Assembly: GCA_963662655.2 (NCBI GenBank)
Contig: CAXXTU010000002.1
Coordinates: forward strand, 160,001 to 224,000
Length of the DNA: 64,000 bases
Direction: 5' to 3'
Origin: Candidatus Cloacimonadales bacterium
Lineage (GTDB): Bacteria > Cloacimonadota > Cloacimonadia > Cloacimonadales > JAIOQZ01
Position numbers and translations under genes: made by a program. Positions 56,052 through 64,000 of the stretch are shown here, piece by piece. The notes beneath the pieces are model-generated. The model did no database searches. It was not told the DNA's origin and saw only the letters and a program-made list of their open reading frames with translations. The first letter of the stretch is position 1. Each line of letters begins with the position of its first letter.

Positions 56052-57207
56052 TCCAGCTCGAATCTTTGAGGAGTTTCAGCGCGATCTGCGCCGTTTCTTT
56101 TGATGCTTCTTTCTCACCGAGAATGTTATGGATGTCTCTCAGGCGGCTTTTCATTTCGTTGTAGAGGTCGCTGTCGTCCAGAAATTCCATGATTTTCTGG
56201 TGAATCGTCTTGCCGTTAACCTGATCCTGAATCAATTCGGGGATCACGTCGTCGTCGAGGATGATGTTGGGCAATCCGATGCGTTTGATCTTGATCAGCC
56301 GTTTGCCGAGTTCATAGGAAAGCCGGCTTGTTTTGTACACGATGATGAACGGCGTACCGATGAACGCGGTTTCGATGGTCGCGGTTCCGGATGTGACCAC
56401 CAGGAAATCGCAGTGCTGCATCATGGAGTAATTGCCCTTCTCGACGAGTTTGAATTTCCGTAGTTTCTCCTGCTTCAGCATGAGCATGTAGGTTTCCGTT
56501 GAAATATTGCTGGTGGTGGAGATGAGAAACTCGTACTCCTCTGGATCGAACCGTTTGATCGCCTGCAAGAAAGGCGGTAGCATCTTGGTTACTTCGATCT
56601 CACGACTCCCCGGAAAAAATCCCAGCCATTTCTTGTTCATGTCTAGATTGTGGGACCTGGCGAACTGCTCCTTCGTGTTATCCACGGAGATTTCTTCCGC
56701 GATGGGATGCCCCACGTAGGTGCAATTCACGCGGTGAATATCGAGGAGCTCTTTCTCGAAGGGAAGGATCACCGCTACGTGACGGGTGTAGTCCTTGAGT
56801 TGGTGCACCCGTTTGTGCTTCCACGCCCAGAACTGTGGGCTGATGTAGTAGAGGACGGGGATCCCCAGGTTGTCCGCCATTCTGGCGATACGCATGTTGA
56901 AGCCCGGGTAATCGACGAGAACGACGAGGTCCGGCGGGCTTTTGGTGAATTCCTTTCTGATCCTGTTTTCGACCTTCATGAAGAAGCCGATATGTTTGAT
57001 AACCTCCACGAATCCCATCACCGCAAAACGATTGAAGGGGTAAAGCGGCTGGAGCCCCTGCTTCTGCATGAGCGGACCGCCGATGCCCAAATGGTAATAT
57101 TTATACAGCGAGCCATTCAATGCCTTGAGGACATTGGCTGCGTGGAGATCGCCCGAGCGTTCGCCGGCAATCCAGAAAATCTTCTTGGTTTCGAGATCGA
57201 CTGACAT
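56041..57207 (-). CDS. lpxB: Lipid-A-disaccharide synthase
   Basis: 'AGERSGDLH', 'VDYPGFN', 'SPQFWAW', 'VGHP', 'PGSR' and 'SGTATIE'. Confidence 0.96.
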   Translation of the reverse strand: MSVDLETKKIFWIAGERSGDLHAANVLKALNGSLYKYYHLGIGGPLMQKQGLQPLYPFNRFAVMGFVEVIKHIGFFMKVENRIRKEFTKSPPDLVVLVDYPGFNMRIARMADNLGIPVLYYISPQFWAWKHKRVHQLKDYTRHVAVILPFEKELLDIHRVNCTYVGHPIAEEISVDNTKEQFARSHNLDMNKKWLGFFPGSREIEVTKMLPPFLQAIKRFDPEEYEFLISTTSNISTETYMLMLKQEKLRKFKLVEKGNYSMMQHCDFLVVTSGTATIETAFIGTPFIIVYKTSRLSYELGKRLIKIKRIGLPNIILDDDVIPELIQDQVNGKTIHQKIMEFLDDSDLYNEMKSRLRDIHNILGEKEASKETAQIALKLLKDSSWIDV

Positions 57208-57357
57208 GGTGTGAACATGAAAACCTCATGATAAATTGTCCAGAAAAATCACGAGCCTCTCCTTTTGTCCGGCTGCAAAGAATTATCGAAAAAATGCTGG
57301 ACATACTTGGGAAACTCGTTTCTGCTTTATACATGTAGAAAAAAAAGGAGGAACAAG

Positions 57358-57561
57358 ATGAAATCTGTAATGGAACTGAATGAAGAGCAACAGGGGTCTG
57401 CGGTTATCGTGATACCCAAGATCCGCGAGATATTCAAGAGCTTGGGCAATGTCGTACTGGTATTCGATAATGGTGATCGACGGACGATCGATACAAACGA
57501 CGCGAACGCCTTGATACAAGACATGATGAGGAAAATCGAGCTTTATTATACAACGACGTAA
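57358..57561 (+). CDS. Small hypothetical protein (67 aa)
   Basis: Strong AAGGAGG RBS 7 nt before ATG; fills the gap between lpxB and the DUF362 gene. Confidence 0.7.
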   Translation: MKSVMELNEEQQGSAVIVIPKIREIFKSLGNVVLVFDNGDRRTIDTNDANALIQDMMRKIELYYTTT

Positions 57562-57622
57562 ACCTTTTCCCGAACAAAGTAACTCGGGAAATCATCAACT
57601 TTTCACAAGAGGAGTATGAGAA

Positions 57623-58630
57623 ATGGGGGAGAGCAGCGTATTTTTTACGAAGGATATCACCGCAGACGGCGTGATGAGACTGGTCGAAAAACTCGAGGAT
57701 AAAATTACCGGCAAGGTGGGGGTCAAGGTACACTTCGGGGCGGCCGGGAATCAGTATTACCTGAAGCCGGAACTTTCGCGGAAATTGATCGAAGCTTTCG
57801 ACGCGACCTACGTGGAGACGAATGCGCTTTACGTTGGGGAGCGTCGCTATACGGATAGCCATCTCGAGGTTGCCCGGGAGCACGGCTTCGACTTCGCGCC
57901 GATCGATATTCTTGATGTGGACGGCTATATCGAGATCCCCGTTAACCTGAAGCACTACAAATCCGTACGGGCTGCATCGCGGATCGACAACTACGACACG
58001 TTCATCGTGTTCAGTCATTTCAAGGGGCACACGATGGCAGGATTTGGCGGGGCGTTCAAGAATGTCTCCATGGGCATGGCAGCGATCGCCGGGAAAATGG
58101 CGATGCATGCTTCGAGCATTCCGATATACCAGCCGGAGAAATGCGTCTTGTGCGGCGCTTGCGTCAGCAACTGCCCGGGAGACGCGATTACCATTGATCC
58201 GCTGAAGATCGATCCTGCGAAGTGTATCGGCTGCGGCGCGTGTATCGGGATTTGCCCCGTACACGCTTTCTCCATTCCGTGGGGATCGACGGCCAATGAG
58301 CCGTTCATGGAGCGCCTGGTGGAATACACCTACGGCATCGCGAAAGGCCGCAACATGATCTACCTGAACGTTCTCAAGGATATCTCGCCCGATTGCGACT
58401 GCATGCCGAATGCGAGAAAGCCGTTTGTCCACGACATCGGCATCGTTGCCTCGACGGACATTGTCGCGGTCGAGCAAGCGAGCCTCGATCTGGTGAGCAA
58501 GCATTTCTCCGACGGAAAGCACGATGCGTTCGAGAAGCATGTCGGGCACAGCGGTTTACGGCAGATCGAGTATGCAGAGGAACTGAACATGGGGAGCAGC
58601 GCGTATCGGTTGATCGAGATCGATTCGTAG
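57623..58630 (+). CDS. DUF362 domain protein with a 2x[4Fe-4S] ferredoxin insert
   Basis: 'VKVHFG', 'SHFKGH..AGFGGAFKN', two CxxCxxCxxxCP motifs, 'SPDCDC' and 'ASTDIVAVE'. Confidence 0.88.
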   Translation: MGESSVFFTKDITADGVMRLVEKLEDKITGKVGVKVHFGAAGNQYYLKPELSRKLIEAFDATYVETNALYVGERRYTDSHLEVAREHGFDFAPIDILDVDGYIEIPVNLKHYKSVRAASRIDNYDTFIVFSHFKGHTMAGFGGAFKNVSMGMAAIAGKMAMHASSIPIYQPEKCVLCGACVSNCPGDAITIDPLKIDPAKCIGCGACIGICPVHAFSIPWGSTANEPFMERLVEYTYGIAKGRNMIYLNVLKDISPDCDCMPNARKPFVHDIGIVASTDIVAVEQASLDLVSKHFSDGKHDAFEKHVGHSGLRQIEYAEELNMGSSAYRLIEIDS

Positions 58631-58657
58631 ATTGCTTTGCGAAATGGATTGCTTTTC

Positions 58658-58684
58658 ACGCCCTGAAGTTTCGGGGCGTTTTTT
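58658..58684 (+). terminator. Probable terminator between convergent genes
   Basis: ACGCCCTGA/TCGGGGCGT stem plus TTTTT. Confidence 0.65.
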
Positions 58685-58690
58685 ACAGGA

Positions 58691-59788
58691 TCAAACCTCC
58701 GCTTTTACAACGAAGAACATTCCCACGATTGCAAAAACGATATTGGGCATCCAGGCTGAGAACGCGGGAGACAGGACGCCGTTGTACCCCAGACTCTGGC
58801 TAACCCGCTGCGCCGAGAGGTACATGAAGCATATAACCAGCCCGAGCAGGAAGATAAGACCGCGTCCCTTGCTACGGGTGGATGTGGATGCCAGCGGTAC
58901 GCAGAAAAGCAATATGATCAGGTTGGCGAAAGGAAACGATACCTTGTAATGGAGGTCCACAAGCTCCTTGCGGTAGCTTTCTCCAACCTTTTTCAGTCGA
59001 TTGATGTAGTCTCTGAGCTCGAAAAAATTCATCGACATGGGTTCCTTCGCGCTCTTGATGAAATCGAGAGGCGTGGCGTCGAGTTCTTCGACGATTGTGG
59101 ATGGGAAGTACTCCGTAAGCGCTCCAATCTCCTTACCTTCGTGATCGAACCGGCGAATGTAGCACTCTTCGAGCACCCATTCCTTGCCGTCCCAGCTTGC
59201 TCTGGCTGCTGTGATCTTCCGGCTTATCGTCCCCGATTGATGATCGAAGGTCGTGATATCAATGGTCTTGAGATTGTTGCGGTAACCATCGAAGTAACCG
59301 ATGTAGTAGAGGTTGTTCTCCGTCCCGCGGTAGTAGATATTGCTGCGCATCTTGATGTCTTCAATCTTGCGATGCTTGATTTTTTCGGTATAAACGTACT
59401 GCCGGATGGCCTCGGTTCTCGGCAGGACAAACTCGCCGAAGACCATGACGAACAGGCTGAAGAAGAGTCCGAACCACAGGATGGGGGACACCATGCGCAA
59501 GATGCTGAGTCCCGCTGCGCGGATGGCGATGGACTCGTTGTATTTGGAGAGCGAATTCATCAGAAAGAGGCCGCTGAGAAGCACTGCGACCGGCGATGTC
59601 AGCACGAAAAGGTAGGGGATGCGCGACGCGAAGTAGATGATGGTGTCGCGAATCTCCGCATTATAGCGCAAGAGGCGCGGAAGTCTGTCGAAGATGTCCA
59701 CGACGATAAATATCACCGAAAAGGAGGCGGTGATCACCAAAAGCGTTATCAGGTATTCCCGCAGGATGTATCGATCTAATATTCTCAT
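58691..59788 (-). CDS. LPS export ABC transporter permease, LptF/LptG family
   Basis: 'MRILDRYI', 'NESIAIRAAGLS', a periplasmic jellyroll region, 'MNFFEL' and 'AWMPN'. LptG-like, but F and G cannot be reliably separated by eye. Confidence 0.9.
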   Translation of the reverse strand: MRILDRYILREYLITLLVITASFSVIFIVVDIFDRLPRLLRYNAEIRDTIIYFASRIPYLFVLTSPVAVLLSGLFLMNSLSKYNESIAIRAAGLSILRMVSPILWFGLFFSLFVMVFGEFVLPRTEAIRQYVYTEKIKHRKIEDIKMRSNIYYRGTENNLYYIGYFDGYRNNLKTIDITTFDHQSGTISRKITAARASWDGKEWVLEECYIRRFDHEGKEIGALTEYFPSTIVEELDATPLDFIKSAKEPMSMNFFELRDYINRLKKVGESYRKELVDLHYKVSFPFANLIILLFCVPLASTSTRSKGRGLIFLLGLVICFMYLSAQRVSQSLGYNGVLSPAFSAWMPNIVFAIVGMFFVVKAEV

Positions 59789-59812
59789 GAGCCGCTTTAT
59801 ATTTGCAGGCGA

Positions 59813-60919
59813 CTAATCCTGCAAGATTTTTCTGTAAATTTGGAGAAACTGTTTTCGGATCGTGTTTCGCTCGAAATTCTCGTGGACGTATTCGTAGCCT
59901 TGCTCCCCGAGTTTATCGCGATTGATGACGCTCATTTCGAGGATGCCGTCCGCAAGCGCCTGGGCATCGTTATGCTGAACCAGGATTCCACGGTCGGGGA
60001 TCAGATCGGGAAGGATACCGACATTTGTGGAGACCACCGGCTTTTTCATCGCCATGTATTCCAGCGCGATGCGGCTGTTTGCTTCCGAGCCGATGGAGGA
60101 TATCACGCCGATATCCGCGGCGGCGATCAACTCGGCAACATCCTCGACCCAGCCGAGTAAGCGGATGTTGTTCCTGATGAACGGCTTGATCTCCCTGAAG
60201 TGCGGATACTTCGTGTTACCGGCGAGAAGCAGGGTGAATCTAAGGCCATGATCGTTCAGGATTTCCGCCGCCTTTATGAGCCATTTGTGTCCCTTGATCG
60301 GTTCGAATCTTCCGATGTGTACCAGGCAGAGCTCGTCCTTGATGCCAAACTTTCTCCTGCACTCGGCGGGGTAGTACCTGGACGGATTGTAGTGCTCCAC
60401 ATCCAGCGGGAAATGGACGGTCTCCACCTTTGTCTCCGGCAATCCGAAGTCAATAAGCTGCTGGCGCTCTCTCTCCGAAGGAACAATCGTGAGCAGCGTA
60501 TTCCTGTTGTACAGTATCCGGTTGCCGAGATTCGGGCGGATGGGTGTCGCTGTCCCACGGGTTCTAACGATTTTCATGTCGATGCGGGAGAGACGTTTGG
60601 CGAGTATTCCCATCGAATGCATGCCGGAGCGGTAGTAGATGTGCAAGACGTCCGGCTTTTCGCGGCGCAACAGCCGAACGAGCTTGAACAAGCCGACGAT
60701 ATAACGGGCGGGATTCTTGCGGTAACGTAGCTGAGTAATTGTGCAGGTTCGATACCCCGCCGCTTCAGATTGTTGCATCACTCTCGAATCGGGGCCGATC
60801 ACAAATGGAATGAAGCCGCCATCGCGTACAAACTGGATGTTCTCCCAAAGGTTCTGCGCCTCGGCGTTGAAGCCCTCGTAATTGAAGAGGAATGCAACGA
60901 CTTTTTTACTGCGTGCCAT
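59813..60919 (-). CDS. Glycosyltransferase family 4
   Basis: 'IGRFEPIKGH' and 'SEANSRIALEYMAMKKPVVSTNVG' (EX7E motif). Confidence 0.9.
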   Translation of the reverse strand: MARSKKVVAFLFNYEGFNAEAQNLWENIQFVRDGGFIPFVIGPDSRVMQQSEAAGYRTCTITQLRYRKNPARYIVGLFKLVRLLRREKPDVLHIYYRSGMHSMGILAKRLSRIDMKIVRTRGTATPIRPNLGNRILYNRNTLLTIVPSERERQQLIDFGLPETKVETVHFPLDVEHYNPSRYYPAECRRKFGIKDELCLVHIGRFEPIKGHKWLIKAAEILNDHGLRFTLLLAGNTKYPHFREIKPFIRNNIRLLGWVEDVAELIAAADIGVISSIGSEANSRIALEYMAMKKPVVSTNVGILPDLIPDRGILVQHNDAQALADGILEMSVINRDKLGEQGYEYVHENFERNTIRKQFLQIYRKILQD

Positions 60920-61946
60920 AATGCTCCATGATATACGGAAAAACCGTTTCAGGCTCGATTTCTCTCATGCATTTATGATGGCCCAACGGGCAGCTTTTTC
61001 CACCGTGCTTCCCGCAGGGACGGCAGTCCAGATCAATCTCAAAAATCTTGTCGTTCTTGCCGTAGGGCGTATAGCCAAGACTGGCGACGGTTGGGCCGAA
61101 GAACGTCACGACGGGAGTTCCCATCGCGTTGGCCACGTGCATCAGGCCGCTATCGTTGCACACGAGCAGATCGCAAACGGAAATCACGGAGGCAGCCCTC
61201 AGAATGGATGTATTTCCCGCCAAATTGATCGCCTCGATACCGGCTTCTTCGATGATCTCCTCGCAGTCTTCACGCTCCGATTTAGATCCCAGGAAGATCA
61301 GCTTGAATCCGGAATCTCCCAGTCTCTTCGCGAGGTTGGAATAATAATCCGTCGGCCAGCGTTTGGTGAAGGACATCGATCCCGGCGCAAGCGCGATGAA
61401 TCGTTGCTGGTTGTTCTCCTCCACCAGGTTGATCGCAAACCGGGTGTCTTCCGATGACGGATAAAGCTTTGCCTGAATGGGGAATTTCCTGTCTGTTAGG
61501 GGATGCAGCAGCGACAAATTTTTATCGACACGCCTCATTCCTTTTTGCCAGGGCACACGGATGTTGTAGAATCTGCCCGAAAGTCCCGCGCCGAATCCGA
61601 TTCGGTACCTGATTTCTGCCAGGAGCAGCATGTGTGCCGTTGTGAACGAGCGATGCGCGGAGATGGCGAGACCGTACTTTCTCGCTCGAATCTGTGAGAA
61701 AACCGACGCCAGAGACGCCAGCTTTTCGGGCTTTTTCTTGGAGATCGTCAGGATCGAGTGGATGGAAGGGTTGTTATGCAGAACCGAAGCGTAGTTCCGG
61801 TTGACCAGCACGTCGATTTCAGCCTCGGGATAGAGTTTCTTCAATGCGTCGATCAGCGGCGTTAAGAGGATTACGTCCCCGATAAGCGCGGTTTGAACAA
61901 CGAGTATCTTCCCGGGTTGGAATGTGTTGGGTATGGATAACGGCAT
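60906..61946 (-). CDS. waaF: LPS heptosyltransferase II-like (GT9)
   Basis: 'IGDVIL..P', 'APGS...KRWP', 'NLAGNTS', 'CNDSGLMH', 'FGPT' and 'CRPC'. Confidence 0.8.
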   Translation of the reverse strand: MPLSIPNTFQPGKILVVQTALIGDVILLTPLIDALKKLYPEAEIDVLVNRNYASVLHNNPSIHSILTISKKKPEKLASLASVFSQIRARKYGLAISAHRSFTTAHMLLLAEIRYRIGFGAGLSGRFYNIRVPWQKGMRRVDKNLSLLHPLTDRKFPIQAKLYPSSEDTRFAINLVEENNQQRFIALAPGSMSFTKRWPTDYYSNLAKRLGDSGFKLIFLGSKSEREDCEEIIEEAGIEAINLAGNTSILRAASVISVCDLLVCNDSGLMHVANAMGTPVVTFFGPTVASLGYTPYGKNDKIFEIDLDCRPCGKHGGKSCPLGHHKCMREIEPETVFPYIMEHYGTQ

Positions 61947-61990
61947 CTGGTATTATCTCGCAAGTATTGGGATCATGCACTGAATAGAGA

Positions 61991-62014
61991 ATCAGCCCGG
62001 TTTCCCGGGCTGAT
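61991..62014 (-). terminator. Hairpin after serC (probable terminator)
   Basis: ATCAGCCCGG/CCGGGCTGAT perfect stem with a weak T-tail. Confidence 0.5.
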
Positions 62015-62021
62015 CGAAATC

Positions 62022-63104
62022 TTATTTATTATTTTTCTCAAATTCAACCATGAACTCAGCCAGTTGCTGACAGGCTGTCATTGGAAGCGCGTTGTAAGTG
62101 GACGCTCTGCAACCGCCTACGCTGCGATGTCCCTTGAGGTTCGACATCCCATTTTCGGCTGCTTCCGCAACGAACTTCTTCTCGAGGTCTTCCGATGGAA
62201 GACGGAACACGATGTTCATGAGAGAACGGTCTTCCGTGTTCACCGGTGAGCGATAGAATTCCGAGTTGTCGATTACGTTGTAGATGAGCCCGGCTTTCTC
62301 TATGTTGTGTTTCTCAACGGCTGCAAGTCCGCCCATGTCTTCGATCCACTTGAGGACGAGTCCCACCATGTAAATCGGGAAGCAAGGAGGCGTGTTGAAC
62401 ATAGAACCCTTATCGATGTGGGTTTTATAGGAAAGCATGGTTGGAAGCCCGGTGTTGAACTTCTCTTGCATGTCTTTTCGGATAACCACCATAGTAACGC
62501 CGGCAGGACCGATGTTCTTCTGCGCGCCTGCATAGATCAGCGCGTGCTTGGCGTAGTCCATCGGCTTGCTGAGGAAGTTGGAGGACATGTCCGCGATAAG
62601 CGGAAGATCGCCCACCTCAGGGATGTACTTGAACTCGGTACCGCTGATGGTGTTGTTGGTGGTGTAGTGAAGGTATGCAGGATTCTCGGAGAGCTTGAAT
62701 TCCTTGGGGATGAAAGAGAAATTCGTATCTTCGGATGTTGCCGCAACATGACATTGCTTGCCGATCTTCTTGATTTCTTTAATCGCTGTGTTCGACCATG
62801 TACCGGTGTTGATGTAGTTACCGACCTTGCCTTCCGGGCAGAGGTTCATCGGGACCATGAGGAATTGTAAGCTTGCTCCGCCACCGAGGAAAAGGACGTC
62901 GTAGTTGTCGCCGAGGTTCATGATGCGCTTTGCGCGATTCATGGCGTCGTCGATGATTTCCTGGTAGGCTTTGCTGCGGTGGCTCATCTCCATGACGGAG
63001 AGTCCCAAACCCTTGTAGTTGAACAACTCTTTCTGTGCTTCACGAAGCACTTCTTCCGGCAGTACTGCTGGGCCTGCGCTAAAGTTCGCGATTCTGTCTT
63101 TCAT
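62022..63104 (-). CDS. serC: Phosphoserine aminotransferase
   Basis: 'NFSAGPA', 'MEMSHRS', 'ADMSS', 'AGAQKNIG' and 'GHRSVGG'; AGGAGG RBS before ATG 63104. Confidence 0.97.
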   Translation of the reverse strand: MKDRIANFSAGPAVLPEEVLREAQKELFNYKGLGLSVMEMSHRSKAYQEIIDDAMNRAKRIMNLGDNYDVLFLGGGASLQFLMVPMNLCPEGKVGNYINTGTWSNTAIKEIKKIGKQCHVAATSEDTNFSFIPKEFKLSENPAYLHYTTNNTISGTEFKYIPEVGDLPLIADMSSNFLSKPMDYAKHALIYAGAQKNIGPAGVTMVVIRKDMQEKFNTGLPTMLSYKTHIDKGSMFNTPPCFPIYMVGLVLKWIEDMGGLAAVEKHNIEKAGLIYNVIDNSEFYRSPVNTEDRSLMNIVFRLPSEDLEKKFVAEAAENGMSNLKGHRSVGGCRASTYNALPMTACQQLAEFMVEFEKNNK

Positions 63105-63248
63105 TAATCCTCCTGAAATCGGTTTATTGAATATCAATTTTCATGCACGTTAAAGTCAAAGACCACAATACTTGAGATAAGTTTTATCGCGGCCCTTTCC
63201 GTGCAAGTTTTTTTTAGCTATTCACCCCGAATTTACAGAAATACTTTC

Positions 63249-63752
63249 TTACTCCTTGTCTCGCAAAGAAGTACCTTGCATAAATCTATGGTCGCTCCGA
63301 TGCTTGCGTGCATCGATTGCTTTCTTATCCAGCCAGCCTGTACGCACTTCTTCCGGCGATTCGAACCCCGGTACGTAGGGCTTGATGTCAAGTAGCGGCG
63401 TTCCGTCGAGCGCGTCAATGTTTTCGATGAGAAGATGATTGCCTTCGACCGAAATCAGCCTGACAAGCGAAAGGCCGATCGGATTGGGGCGGCAAGGGGC
63501 GCGTGTGGCGAACAGACCCCGCTCATTGTTGTCGAGGAAAGGTTTGACCGTCAATCTGGCAACTTTGTTTTGGTGGAAATGGTACATGATGTAGATGTGA
63601 GAAAATCCTTCCAGATCTTTCAGCCCTTCGGCGAATTCCGGAAAGATTTCGATCTCGCCTTTCACTTCGGACGCGCCTACCGGTTGGATCGGCATGTCGG
63701 TCAACGCTTTGAAAGGCGAATGGATGATTCCGATTGGCTTATAGAATATCAC
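63249..63752 (-). CDS. tsaA: tRNA m6t6A37 methyltransferase TrmO/TsaA
   Basis: 'PIGIIHSPF', 'GLFATRAPCRPNPIGLS' and 'DGTPLLDIKPY'. Confidence 0.93.
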   Translation of the reverse strand: MIFYKPIGIIHSPFKALTDMPIQPVGASEVKGEIEIFPEFAEGLKDLEGFSHIYIMYHFHQNKVARLTVKPFLDNNERGLFATRAPCRPNPIGLSLVRLISVEGNHLLIENIDALDGTPLLDIKPYVPGFESPEEVRTGWLDKKAIDARKHRSDHRFMQGTSLRDKE

Positions 63753-64000
63753 TTCCCGGGATATTTCCTTACTTTCAAGAACGTGATGTCGTCAGGGACA
63801 TGTTCGCTGGTAAAGTCGAACTTCTTCACCAGTTCGTCCAGCGTCAGGTCGAGGCTGTTCATCTGGGCGAGGAGATAGTTGTTCTTCTCGTGAGGCGTCG
63901 GGTAGTCCAGGAGGTCTAGAATACCGTCCGAGACCAGATACAGGGCGAATTCATCCGAGAGCGGTATCTCGATTTCCTCGTATTGCGTGAAATCGAATAC
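63749..64000 (-). CDS. C-terminus of a SpoIIE/PP2C-family phosphatase; start lies outside the window
   Basis: Manual translation ...LYLVSDGILD...HVPDDITFLKVRKYPGK* contains the PP2C 'SDG' and 'DDIT' motifs. The stop overlaps the tsaA start (GTGA). Confidence 0.75.
   Translation of the reverse strand, partial: VFDFTQYEEIEIPLSDEFALYLVSDGILDLLDYPTPHEKNNYLLAQMNSLDLTLDELVKKFDFTSEHVPDDITFLKVRKYPGK

Overview
A 64 kb gene-dense chromosomal segment from a diderm, LPS-making bacterium (lpxB, heptosyltransferase, LptF/G, TonB-dependent receptor). The gene content suggests an FCB-superphylum lineage such as Candidatus Cloacimonadota; this is an inference, not a database result. Housekeeping genes (dtd, tldD/pmbA, add, trxA, groES, uppP, holA, era, serC, tsaA) are interleaved with eight secreted proteins that share a C-terminal 'NxPNPFN...YNxKGQ...SGxY...KMLLLK' FlgD-Ig / type IX secretion-like sorting domain: three gingipain-like C25 proteins, an M14 carboxypeptidase with a dockerin, a CotH-like kinase, an LVIVD-repeat protein, an FG-GAP protein and one unknown. 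There is also a reduced pilM / pilP-like / divergent-secretin cluster. I found no rRNA, tRNA, cas gene, transposase or integrase. The most unusual signals are non-coding. Family H is a dispersed long hairpin (3 full copies plus 1 partial) with a conserved TTCGTTCRATC/GATYGGGCGAA helix, always between convergent genes. Family J is a four-way-junction element present in two copies with conserved junction sequence and replaced arms. A cluster of C-GAA-G triloop mini-hairpins sits next to one J copy. Two of the three C25 paralogs appear to have Tyr in place of the catalytic His. All protein calls come from motif recognition by eye.
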